From the NCBI GenBank assembly GCA_043228905.1, contig JBHGNT010000015.1, positions 19,158,001 through 19,222,000 on the forward strand: a stretch of 64,000 nucleotides of DNA, in the 5' to 3' direction. The stretch comes from Azolla caroliniana. Its lineage: Eukaryota > Plantae > Polypodiophyta. The translations under genes were made by a program, and so were the position numbers. Below, piece after piece: positions 10,575 to 23,519 of the stretch (its first letter is position 1; each line of letters begins with the position of its first letter). The notes under the pieces were generated by a model. The model did not search any database and was not told the origin of the DNA. It saw nothing but the letters and a program-made list of their open reading frames with translations.

Positions 10575-13500
10575 TCATAAGAAAAGCATAAAGATACCAA
10601 TCAGAATATTTATACTAGTAAGTTTGAGATCACAAGATGGATAAGTAGTACCATCATCAAAATCAGCTTGGTTTGAAATATCCTTGGCATCAGACTCGTT
10701 GACTAGAATTTCAGCACCATGCTCATTGGGCTCAACTCCACCATTTTCGAATGGAACTCCAGAATTTGATTCTTGTTTATCATCATTAGCTGTAGATGCT
10801 AATGAGAGTGGTATAATTCCATTACTATGTGGCATAGGAAATGAGGTTGCAAACACATACTGTTGAAGATTCTCTAGAAGTTCCTTCGAATCAATCTTCG
10901 AACCTGGATAGCAGCGCTGGAAGCAGGAGATGCAATATGGGCATGCCACCTTCACACACACACAATTGCTATCATGCATGCTGGTCCACATTTATAAACA
11001 AACACTATTGATCTTGTAAACCATTTCTTTAAGTTCACCATCACACAGAACATACACTAGAGATCTTGTAAAGCTCTCCGATCCTTCATCATATAAATAT
11101 GCTCTAGAAATTGTAACGCATTCAGATGCACCATCATACAAAACATACCACAAATATTGAAAAACATTCTGATTGACCACGGTACAAACCTGCACTAGAA
11201 ATATGGTAAAGCATTCTGAGCCAGTATCATATAAACATACCATCGATATTGTAAAGCATTCTGGTTCACACACAACAAACATACTGTATACTATCGATAT
11301 TGTAAAGCATGCTTAACCTAGTCTGTTTCAATGTTTAGCTTGGACTGCAAGATGGTATCCATGCCCTCCTTGTTGTCTGCAAGGGATTGGATGGAAAAGA
11401 CATCGATCATGGGGAAATATTTCATTTTTCCTCTGAAAGTTTGACAAGCAGTTTCACTGGCAGAGCTCAACTTTGGCAGAGTTGTGCAAGTATTTGCAAT
11501 TGATACGAAATCAATAACAGACTTCAGTAATCAAACAGTCAACAAAGCTACATAGTACAAAAAGCAGCATAGAGACCATCGATGATATCAATAAAGATGA
11601 AGCTGGAAGACAAAGCTATAGAAATTTGAAGGGCTAAAAGTTAGAGAAATGCATCTGATCGTAACAACCATTACCTAATCGACAATCAACAATAGCATAC
11701 ATGCATCTGATCATAACAAGCATTACCTAATTGACAATCAACAATAGCATACATGCATCTAATCATTAATATTTCTATGAAGCCTCAAAAAACCATAAGG
11801 TAATGTTCACCTCAATAAACGCCCGGCACATTCCCATGAAGAGACTTGTCTCATCATCTTTGATAAGTCTTGAGCTTGAGTTAAAGTAATAAAGATAATC
11901 TGAAACATTTTGCAAAGCTCTCTTAAGTTCTGAAGCTAAAATGTTTTTCAGACTTAAAGGCGCACAATGTCTCAGCTCATTCATAGCCACTAGAAGTCCT
12001 GCATAATGGATGACGATCATGATCATATTAAAATAGAGCATAAAACTGTATATTAAGAAAATGGCATTGTTCCCACACACTAACCATTGACAAATGCTGC
12101 CAGCGGAGGATGTTCCATAAGTACATAAGGTGGGGAAACATTTTCTGTCACATCACTAGCCCCTCTACTTCCGATACCAACTGAAGGAAGAGCAATCCAT
12201 CTATGAGAATCAAGAGCAAGCTGGAAGTAAATTGAGACACGGAAATATGTCATATGACCAACTGCTGGAGAAAAAAAACATCCAAATATAATCCTGATTT
12301 CTGGCAAAGGCTGAATTTACAATTATGTTAAAAAAAATCAAATAGATGCCTCACAATCACCTATAGTAACTGTAGGTTAGAAAAATGATACAAGCATCTA
12401 CAAAAAAATCTATACCACTTTTAGGTAGAAATCTAATCAACTCTAGTTCCATATGCATTGATAAGAAAATTTGCATCTAGAGAAAGTAATGCTATTTCCT
12501 TTATAATTAAATGAGTTTAATCACAAGCAGATTAATATGAATAATCAAGAAAGAAATGTAGTTTTGAAACTAGGAGGAGTTGTTCTGTAGAGAATCCGAC
12601 CGGCCAAAACCAGTCCACACTAGTGCATATGCGGGTGCAAAGATTGAAACAACCAAAATCACAAAAGACGAAAATGAAAGTACAGAGACACAAGATTTAA
12701 CATGGAAAACCCTGAATGGGAAAAACCACGGGAGTCCACAAACTCCAAACTATATCACTATGGTAGGCAGAAAATACACAGGAGACTCTAAGGCAACGAC
12801 CTTGAACTCCTCTCCATCAAACGATGGTTACAACGGAGTTACAGCTCTCACTCACTCTCTCTCCTACACTCTCTTAGTTACAGAGGCAACTACCAACAAC
12901 TATTGATCATCTTCTAATGATTTGGCATTAACTAATAGATTATTGATGGAAGCTAGTATCAGGGTGGTCTGGATTGAAATCTGTCAATAATGTGGTCAAA
13001 GCGGCAGGAATCCAGGTTGGGAATCATTTATACTGCTTTTAATATTACATAATGAGTCCTTTAGTTGTACAATAGCCGCCCTAAGTTTTGTACTTGATTT
13101 TTATGAAAAAAAAGATTTAGCGTCTCAAAGACGCTGATCAATTACACCATAAAACTTGTCCCTCCAATGAAGCAATTCTTCTTGCAATTTACGTCACGAT
13201 TTTTTTGTCATGAATTTTCAAACAAACTTGTCAGAGTCTCTGCATTACATGATCCATTAAGACACATGTGCACTGCTCAGATATAGCCCACATGGGTGAT
13301 AGGGTTATTTCCTTCATGGGCTGTCCAATATTGTGTAGCATAGCTTTCTAAAATATGTATACCCGTACCTTAGAAATATAGAATCGTTTAGAAAAGAGGG
13401 GATAAAAAGACAATCATTTAAAGAAAGCCCATCTTATTGCTTTCATAACAGAACCTGAGTTTCAGGTCTAGGTAAAAATATTTTGTATGCATAAATAACA

Positions 13501-16500
13501 TGAGTGCCCTATTGCTAGCTCAGGTTAAGTACCAAACATCATGAAGTATTGTAATCTTTTCAAATGAATCTGTAGAACATATATGCCATATTGAGAAATG
13601 CAAACTAACCTGGAAATTCTCAACTGCTGCTGCAATGTTGCTAGAAAAAAGGTTATATACAGACCTGATCAAAAGAAAGGAACATAACAAAAATTAACTT
13701 TTGTGCTTATTGATGTCTTCATTTTTTTAATTGACCTGGGGTATGATTCATTACTAAAAAATGAAAATAAGACGTTCAGGACATGGACCAAAAGACACTT
13801 ACAAACCAGGCAAGCACCAAATCTACTAACAATCAGGTATAGAGGTTTACATCTCAAACAGTGGAGGAAGAAGGCCTCGAAAATCCATTCCAACACGCCC
13901 AAGGCTCATCCCACAATACTTCAACAGAGCAATCCAAAAGCATAAATGTCATACTCCAATCGAGATGAATTCCATGAAGCCACATATACCACACAAAGAA
14001 ATAAATATCAAGCATACCATGCATTGCTCAAGAAGGGTTGCCAAAGACATCCCATCTGTAATCTTAGGAAGTAAGGTTTGCAGTACAGTGAGATGTAAGG
14101 TGATCCTATGCATGGCCCAGCTATAAAGAAGACCCCCATCATATCTTTCCTCATTTCCAGAAGTATCATCAGTGAAGATAGCTCGGTACTGAGTGACCAC
14201 ATCAAAAAGGTGCACCCGATGACAATCTGCTAGTCTCTTCAGGTAATCATAAGCATTTCCTTGGTCTAAATCATCTATAATGCCAGCAAGCCAAGTGTCT
14301 CTGCACCTTAAAAACTGCAGTTCAGAGAAGCCAAATTCTTCATAATTTACGATAACCATCAGAGAGGCTACTTATTTGATTTTTCTAGTCATTGATTATG
14401 ATCACAATTGATACTTACCTGGAGACGAATTTCATGTTCTGTAAACACACCCAAGCGACGCAAATAACCAATCACTCGGAGACATTCTGGCAGCTGCATA
14501 TCAATATATTCCCATAAAACAGTTAGCAAAGAAAGTTTCAAGTTAGAATAAGTTCTAAATTTGACAGAAAACTAACACTCTTACCTGAATGCTAGACCGT
14601 AGCCTTTGCAGCAACTGCAAAAGCATAGACTGCGTGATTTGTTTCACCTCCGCAACTAAAGATTGAATTACTGGGAGTCTAATAATGAAAAGCAACAAAA
14701 TAACTTGAGCATATATGCCATTCCAATCATCAAGTGTTGAAATGAAAACTTTAAAACAGGCTGTATTATTACTTTGAGTGAAGTGTTGCCAGCTTGGAAA
14801 CAAAGGTTTCCAGATCAAGTGCCTCATCATAGTTCCCATTCCGTACACATCTGCACATTCAAGAGCAAGAACTTGAAAGCTGAAACATTCCATCCTCTAC
14901 AGCAGGAAGTTTTAATGATGAACCTGAGTGATGGTAAAAGGCAACCACAAAGCAGCACATATGTAAAACAGATTCATATGCATATGGACATACATTTCGA
15001 GATCTCAGACTAGAAAATATTTAACCCCACATTTGGGTGAACTATTCATATACATCACATGTAAGTTCTTGTATAATTACAAAGAATTGTGAAACATGAG
15101 AAAATGAGGTGGTAGCAAAAAATTTAATAGCAGAAAAACTAAATTCCTGAAATTGTGAACCAGTTTTTAAGAAATTGAAACAAAACGAAAACTAAAGAAC
15201 AAAACAATAGAAATAACTATGTACATAATAATTGTTTGTCGAATGGAACATGTGGGTATGTTTCAAACTTTTCCTTCTACGCAATCTAGCTTGAGATCAC
15301 ATTATTTTCCTTGCCAAACGAAGCCCTAAAATTTACCACAATACGCACACACAACCCTGCCACATCTTCGAGGGTATATGATAGAAAAAATGCATTTTTC
15401 TGGTGCAATTAACTTTCCGTTTCAGGTATGATCATGCCAGATCCATACAGTTCAGGGTATATATATTTGGAATTTCTAGAAAGCAAGCAATGAGACACAA
15501 AACATGAAAGAGGAATGAACCTCAAAATAAACCGAGACAAAAGAGTACAAGGTTATGAGCAGACTGCAAGTGAGTGAGAAGCCACATGAGACAGGCTACA
15601 GGAAACGGGCTCAAATGAACATACAAAAGAGAAAAGCACGATAGCTGAAAGGTGGAAACTAATGAGATAAGTAAATCATTATGGAAGGAGCCTTTTTATA
15701 GACCACAACTTAGAGTAGTTGGCAGGCTGCACAACTGCATAAATGGCAGCATTTGGGCCATATAGGTTCCAAACAAACAGAAAAGAAAAACCTTTCACTT
15801 CACAAATAATGTGATAAAAAATAAATATTATAAAGCATACGTGTCCATTAGCTGAGGAATCTCTAACAAGTCCAAAATTGAACTATGATTTGCAAGAAGC
15901 ATCTGATTGAGGCTGCGCTTCTCCAATACTTGTTGCCCAGATTCCATAAATATGTTACAGCCACTTGTAAGCTCTGGAATTCTAGCAATCTGCAAGCTCA
16001 CACAAATACTTTAAATTAAGATAGAACTAAAGATCCGAAAAATGAGAATATAATCATGTCCAACTCAAATAATGAGCCAGAAAATTATATCATAATTTCT
16101 GTGCACACTTTTTGCATCATCTCCAATATCTAGAGGTCATCACATGCATAAGCAGAACAAAACGTAAAGACATAAGATGTACTCACAAGCCAGATATCAC
16201 GTAATTAACTGCAATGAAACAAAAAAATACCATAATAACCATGCCAGACTAATAGTAGATTTTATTGAACAATTCTATATGTCTGTTAAGCAGTTAAGGA
16301 AGTCCCTACAAGGCATGATATGTTTTAAATTTTACTTGTAGGAAACCTCTGGTACAAGGAGGATCCTCATCTTTTGCATTATTTTTCCCTCTGCCAGAAT
16401 AAATCAATGCATACATCACTCCCTCTTTCAACCTCCAGCAGTTCATTACAAGTAGACAAGACATTTATCACTTGACTAAGAGAATTGGTAGATCCAGATA

Positions 16501-17091
16501 AAGAAGAAAGCTCTACAATAGACACGTAAGCCTAATCTTGGAAATGTGTACCAGAGATTCCAAATGTTGGTCCACAGATGTCATTTCTTCCCCGATAGTA
16601 TGCAAAGCTTCAGCTGCAGTGATGAAAGCCCGATAATTTCCAACAGCCAAATCTTGCATCTGTCGACGTATTCTCTCAGCATCTACACGTAAAAGTTCCG
16701 GTTCCTAGTTTCACAAGACAAACAAAGAATCAAATGGTTAGGGCTTTAGCTGATGAGGCAACCCCTAAACAATATTTGAGACATCTTGGCATTTTGTCAT
16801 CAAGGCAATTAGGTCTGAAAAAGTATGTATTGATAAGCATCCAGTTGTACAACAGGCCCAGATATCTTCATTCATAACATGGTTGAAACATGTTCAAGAG
16901 ATCATCTTCATAACAAGGTTCAAACCTGTTCTTTAGGAAAATTAACTGTGCCACAATTTTCTGCTCAATACCTTGTGTAATCGATCCAAACTAAATGAAA
17001 GAAGCTCTGAAATATATCCTTGCTGTGAAGGATTGCTGAGAGAAGATGGTAACGCATCCATCTTGTCTGTGTAGGGTGAGAGTGTCAGCAT
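10575..17091 (-). CDS. COG8: Conserved oligomeric Golgi complex subunit 8 (Dor1 family), ~595 aa
   Basis: Exons 16972-17091, 16552-16704, 15841-15989, 14773-14850, 14585-14678, 14419-14493, 14018-14314, 13851-13918, 13610-13664, 12085-12220, 11811-11998 and 10575-10949, all GT-AG with consistent phases. Motifs: [120 protein letters not shown]. Alternative ATG at 17061. Probable 5'UTR exon near 18632-18800. Confidence 0.93.
11000..11310. repeat. Degenerate ~58 bp tandem array in the last COG8 intron
   Basis: The unit TTGTAAAGCATTCTG...CATCATATAAACATAC recurs 5-6 times. Confidence 0.7.
12581..12897. mobile_element. LTR-derived fragment in a COG8 intron
   Basis: TGTT...AACA ends and the motif GATTTAACATGGAAAACCC...GGGAAAAACCAC typical of plant LTRs. 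No TSD found. Confidence 0.4.
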
Positions 17092-20000
17092 TTCAACAAT
17101 GATAGGATAAATTATGGGGACGTCTTTCTGTTCATATCAGTGCCTTAGCAGCAACAAAAAATAATGCGCACACAAAATCACCTGTAATGACAAAAACATT
17201 AGAAAGATGTACCAAAATAGGGGATAAGACTTAGATCAAAATTTACAGAAATGTGATTGGAATCTAGGAAAAAGGAACTAGCTTGCACATGCTTACATGC
17301 ATACAATATATGCAATTTGACAGAAATGGTAAACAAATCTTCAAACCTCATTCCAACATTCAAAGACTATAGGTATCCAATTGACCTTGTGATGAGAAAA
17401 GCATTAGAATATCCTATAAATCTTTGATCAGAAATTAAAGAATCCTAATTAAAAGCCACGGTGCAAAAAACTAATGTGCACATGTTTTAATGCATGCATT
17501 GTAATGAATTATTACAGAAAATGTTAAAACCAATCTTCAATCAAACACTCAGAGACCTAGGGATCCAAATTCATTCACTAAAAGCTCCAGAATACACACA
17601 TACAAACAACTACAATGACCAAAAAGTTTCAAATATACATAAAAATAGAGGATAATATTAGATCAGAAACTAAAGAAACCTAATCAGAATTCACGGGGAG
17701 AAAAACTGTACATACGCATTCCAATGCAAATTTGACAGAAATGTCAAAGAAATCCGAATTGAGCACTCAGAGACCTAGGGATCCAAAATAAACAGCTGGA
17801 AAGCATACATATAAATAAATATGCAATAATGTAGGGTATCAATCTTAGGTCACAAAATAAGTAAGAAAATATAGTCACAAATTCAAGGAGTGGAAAACTA
17901 ATCTTTGACATATTCTGATACATTGGTGGTGGATCCAACCTAAGATTCACTAAAATCTTAGAATAAACAAGAGCTGGAATGTAACATGGAGATTAACCTT
18001 ATTCAGAATTTGAAAACTGAGATGAATGCCATTATATGAAATTTGACAGAAATGTTACGGAAATCTTGGATCAAGCACACTCATACAACTACAAATTCAT
18101 CTCAATTTTCACTAAAACAAGATCAATCAACAAAAACCTTAAGAATCAGTAACAGTTTAAGAGTAACCATACATATCTGCAAGCTGAATCAAGCACCATA
18201 ATAGATCAGTGGCAAAGATAACCTGACCATGTTATGAATTTTTAATGAAATACGAGAGGAATCTTGAATCACGATCTCTCAAGATCTCAAACAAAAAGGA
18301 TCCAATCGGATTTTTCACTAAAAAACTCAAACTTCAACAAAAAATAAAAGTGATACATGCAGATTAATCACATTTTTAAATCAAATGAACTACATCGCTA
18401 AAATTTGACAGAAAATATTCAATCAAATCAACTCAAATTTCCATGAAAACCCCAGCTGAAAGGCATAATGAATCAAAACACAAGCATTCAACGGATGATT
18501 CACGAATATAATAAGAATAAACAACAGAAGATAACTACAAGAACAAATGAAAATTGAAATGTAGGTTATACAGATCCATCCTACTTCCAACTCGATGAAA
18601 CCCCAGCCGGAAATTGAGCAGAAATGATTACCTGAGACTGACAGGAAAAGATGGGATGCAGAGTATTTTCGAAAAACCTTCGCGGAGAAACGTTTCTGAT
18701 TATTGGCGATCCGAACCCAGGCCTTCTGAGCAGAGCAAATAGAAGCACTGCAGAAGAAGAGGGGGAAGAATTCACGGAATTACGAAGCTAATCCTCTTCT
18801 TTTCTAAATATTACAAAAGTAGACCTCCCTCGAGAGCCAAGCTTTTCCCATTTCAATGTAAATTTTCAGTGTAAATCCAGAACAAAGGGGGGAAAGAGAA
18901 AACACACCAAAATATTATTGCCAGGTGCCAAGTATTGAGGCCTCGACTTCTCGATACATTCGCTCGGGGCTCACACCTCTCTACTGGATCTTGAGATTGT
19001 TCCTTCATTTTTCATTGTATATTGGTTCAAGTGTGGAGCTTAGTCTTGGAGTTTCGGGATTTCTTCTTCATTGAGATCCTAACTCATCTGCTTGTAGATT
19101 TACTCCTTCATTGTGATCATAACTCATCCCATTGTGGAGTTGATGCCATGCATTTTGGCATTCCTTCGTTCTGATCGCATTTCATATGGAATTGGTTGTT
19201 AAGTACTTGTCGTACCCTCACATCTTCCATATTCAAACAACATGGACATGGACATTAGAAGTAAGGTACCCAAGTAGCTAGTTTTGCATGAGGATGAGGG
19301 GATATTATAGAGGAAAGCCACTAGTCACTCTCTATTAACTACATTTTGTGTTAATAGTTTATCTGGGCTCAAGAATGATTGATTCTGCATAACTCCACTA
19401 GACAATACATGTGGTTGGAAGAAACCCATGTACATTGATCACTATGTTTTATATTTTGTTGGATTATGGAACTAATCACTAGATTTCTAGACTCCATTGG
19501 TTCTATCATATTTTGCTCAACTAATATGAAGAAACTCTCACACAATAATCACTAGGTTTTAGAAATTTTGGAACAAATGACTGGATTTCAAGATATATTC
19601 ATATTGGTTGTGTTTGCAACAAGATTCGTCTCTATCTTCCATCAATCATCATAGTCAAAATATTTCATGCACAATCCATCTTGCGTAGAGATGATTGTTT
19701 TCGATAATCTACACACACACATGTATATATACTCTATTCTCAACCTTTATATCATAAAGCCTTTGGTAAATAGATACTTGAAAAATAGGTTTGGTATGTA
19801 TGTGTTGAAGAAATTCATGGCTTAATAGAGCCATTGTATTTGAAATATATGAAAGTAAGGATCCATTTCTTAATTATTATAATGCAGGTTTATTGTTTTA
19901 TAGGTTCATATTTGCCTATATCAAAAGTTCAATTGTCCCACTATGTGATAAAGTTATAGTGATGATGGTCAATAACCCTCAATTACCTGAACCTATATCT

Positions 20001-23000
20001 ATTGTGAGGGTTAGATTGGTGGCACCTTGATTTTCTAAGTGTTGAAAATGTTACACATTTGAATCACGAATCTCCCAAAATACATTATCTTTAAAAAATG
20101 GTGCCTCGTGAACTTGTATAAGGGTGGGCGTTAAGATGTGTGATGTTGCATGTATGCTTGATGGTGGGAAGCAATGTGATAAGGTCCCAATGTAGGCTTA
20201 AAATTTGGGATTTACAAGTAGTTAGTCGCCCATACACAGAGACAAGGACCCCTTGTTGCCCAATGACTCGTTTCACAATATGCATTATTGTGAAAGTGTG
20301 TGTAATAATGGGAGACAAGGTCGTGTTATCTTCTTCGGATGTCAAATATGATATATGTGTCCAAAATGTAACCAAAGACACAAATATTGAAACATTAGGT
20401 ATATCCCTAAACCCAATAAAAAATGGAATATGGAATTTCATATGAAATATTGGGTATGCACGTCCTTTCCTTTTGATGAACTTCCCAATTAAATATGGGC
20501 AGCATTGAATACCACCAAAAGTAAGTAGAGCACGAGATAAATATCTTCCACACAGCTATGACTAGCAATGGTACTACACCATTGTGCACCAAATTAACCT
20601 TTAGTGTAAATACGCATATCACTCTACTATCCTAAAACGTAGAAAACACTTTTAGTACATCTTTCTTAGTTAGTGATTTATTTTGTTTACTGCCTTGTCC
20701 TTGATGGCATCCCCTTTGCAAGAAAACAATATTTCAATTCATGACTTGCGGAGAGCAATTTCTCCCAATTTTGGTCCATAAATGATTGTTACATAGGATT
20801 GTGTTTGAGGCATGTTCGAATAATATTTACTTTATTCATAGGCTCCTTGTTTGTTCCTCATCCATGTGGTTGATCTTTGTTTTAGAAACATAATTTGCCA
20901 TCTTCGAGGTGGCTATAGTCTTATAATGACAAGGAAACAAATTCACGGTACGTAAGCTCTTTTTGTATTATATATTTTATAATAATTAGCAAACATGTTC
21001 TCACTCATGAGATTATTTGATTTTTAACAACTCTCTGACTATAAATTGAGCATTCACTAATCATGTCAAGGTTAGAGTCTTCATTTGCTAAGTACACTTT
21101 TAATTAAGATATGGCCATGTCCTAATTAAGATTTTGCTATTTGTGTCCTAGTTTGAACCTTAATTACATGTTTATTATTAATTTTCCTGTGACATTAGGA
21201 GCTTGACTTAGATCATACATAAGTCATTGGAAACAAGCAAGCATACTTGGGTAATTTCCAATCAAGAAAGTGAGGATATATACATAGGATGGAAGGAGCA
21301 TGAAGTCCATCCCATTTTCATGGGTTTCAAAGTTTTTAAGGGGTATAAAATACAATGCATGGAAATGTGGAAGAGATGATATTTGCGAATATCTCATTTG
21401 CTTTAATGTTGGCACCATGATACCACTATTGAATGCTTTTACAGACATGCTATTGTGTGCTTCAAATTAAATTTGGGGAAGGGCAAACAATACTGGTTTC
21501 TAACATTGGATAATCATTAAATAAAGGAGCATCTCCCCCCCCCCCCCCCAAGACTAGAAAGAAAAATAATTAAAAGCTAGATTGTTCTCAGTACATGTGA
21601 ATGAGTTCAATCTTAAAACAATAAAATCATGAAGCCTATGAGTCAATACAATTGTTAGAGGTTTGAGCATTCGAATGGCTCGTATTTTTAATTTCAAATG
21701 CTCACTTTGTAAGATTTTACGTTATTTGTATGGAGGTAAAGATTATATGTAAGAAAAATGCAATAGACCCATAAGTTGAAATGCGTGAACCCTACTAAGA
21801 TTTAAATGAGAGCATATAACTCTAAATGGTCGCAAATGTTGTGAGAAAAATTGTATGAGCAAAAAGGTCACAAACATAGTTATGCAAATCTCGAGGTGGT
21901 CACGTGCAAACTTCATGAGTTGGTAAATATAGCCACATTGTTCAAAACTGAGATTCAATAGAAAAACAAATCACATGTGTCTTGTATAAAGTTCACATAT
22001 AGTAACTATTAAGCTTGACTTGCGATGGAAACTTGATCCAATCAAATTTGCATTCTCATAACACACAATATTTGTCTTTGTCAAACTCTAAATTGTGAAT
22101 TCATAAAATTTCGCTTAAGGCTAAGATACTTTTCCTCCCCCTAGTACATGTCATAATTGTTTCTAACATTTTGAACTAGAATGATAAATTAGCTACAAAC
22201 TTTTTTTGTGAGTACAATACATAAAAAGAAACACTTATATTGCCACATTGCACCTAATTATCATGTATTCCTCATTTGTATTCATTTCTTAGTTCCTAAG
22301 CACTATGTTGTCATGCCAAATAAGGCACTACCCATCCATTTGCCTTCATATGTTCGAAAAGATTATAACTACAAATATTAAAGATATAAGCATCATCATT
22401 TTGATGTGATAAAGCTTATGTTGCAGAGTTTTACAATCACTCATTCAAGCCAAAAGCAATGGATTTGATGTTGCCTTCATTGTAAAAATGATTTATTCTT
22501 TTAGTCCAAGACCATCTAGACTAACATGTCATTAAATGATTTTCTCGTAAAAAATGGCTCGAAGTTTTTTATCTCCAAAACCCAAGGTTTGAAGGTTACC
22601 ATGTGCCTTCTACGCCTAGTATATAGCTCAATAATTGACCCAAAAATCTATGCTCATGTACAAGAAAATGTGTTTGTCATTGAATCATTGTTGTTTGAAA
22701 TTTAGGGTCAAATAGTTTTGGATTGAGAAATAGACTCGACAAGCAAGGAATGCAATCCAAGTAGAGTTTGTACCATGGAAAGGTTATGATTATGAAGAAT
22801 TTTTTCAATTAACCACCCATACATCTATATTATACTGACATTCATGTCCATGTCAAACTTAGCCTTGTATTCTTAGGGAGTGAGATAGAGAAGAGGAAGA
22901 ATTACGAATTCATATTATCCTTCTTCATCTGATCAAAGATCACAATCTACAGCCGAACCATCACAATTACAAATCATAATCTCATAAACCTTCATCTCGG

Positions 23001-23394
23001 GACAAGCAATTCGCAGTGTCTCGTGTCATATTCTTCTTCGGGCCAAGTGATGCAGTCTTGTGTACATCTTATGGATTGGCAAAACCATCAAGTGCCACGA
23101 TCACAATAAATGGTTGTAGTTGTAACCGCAAAGGAAAGATGAGGTGGGCAATGGTGCAAACATGACTTTTCCAAAGAAGTCTTGTTGCGAGAGAGATAGG
23201 GCACAAGGGGTGAACATGACTAGAGGTGCTCACGTGGCAGGGGCGAGGGGCAAGTCTAGTGCGATCTCTCGTGCCACATGCTCTTTCCTTTTCTTTCTTT
23301 CGTTCTTTTTCTATGGACGACCGGACAAACAAGACGCAAGGAATGGATATGGTGGCCGCGATCGACAGACTTGTTCGCCCGACCCAAAAAGCAT

Positions 23395-23518
23395 GCTTGT
23401 ATGTATGTGTTTTATGCATGCATGCATGTATTTATGTGTTTTATGTATGCATGCATGCATGTATGTATGTATGTGTTTTATGTATGCATGCATGCATGTA
23501 TGTATGTATGTATGTGTT
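23395..23518. repeat. (TATG/CATG)n microsatellite at the gypsy truncation point
   Basis: Direct reading of the sequence. Confidence 0.85.
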
Positions 23519-23519
23519 C

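Noticed and set aside
18900-22850. ORFs at 20091-20622 and possible old retroelement debris
   Set aside because: I could not support any recognisable domain, termini or TSD by eye.
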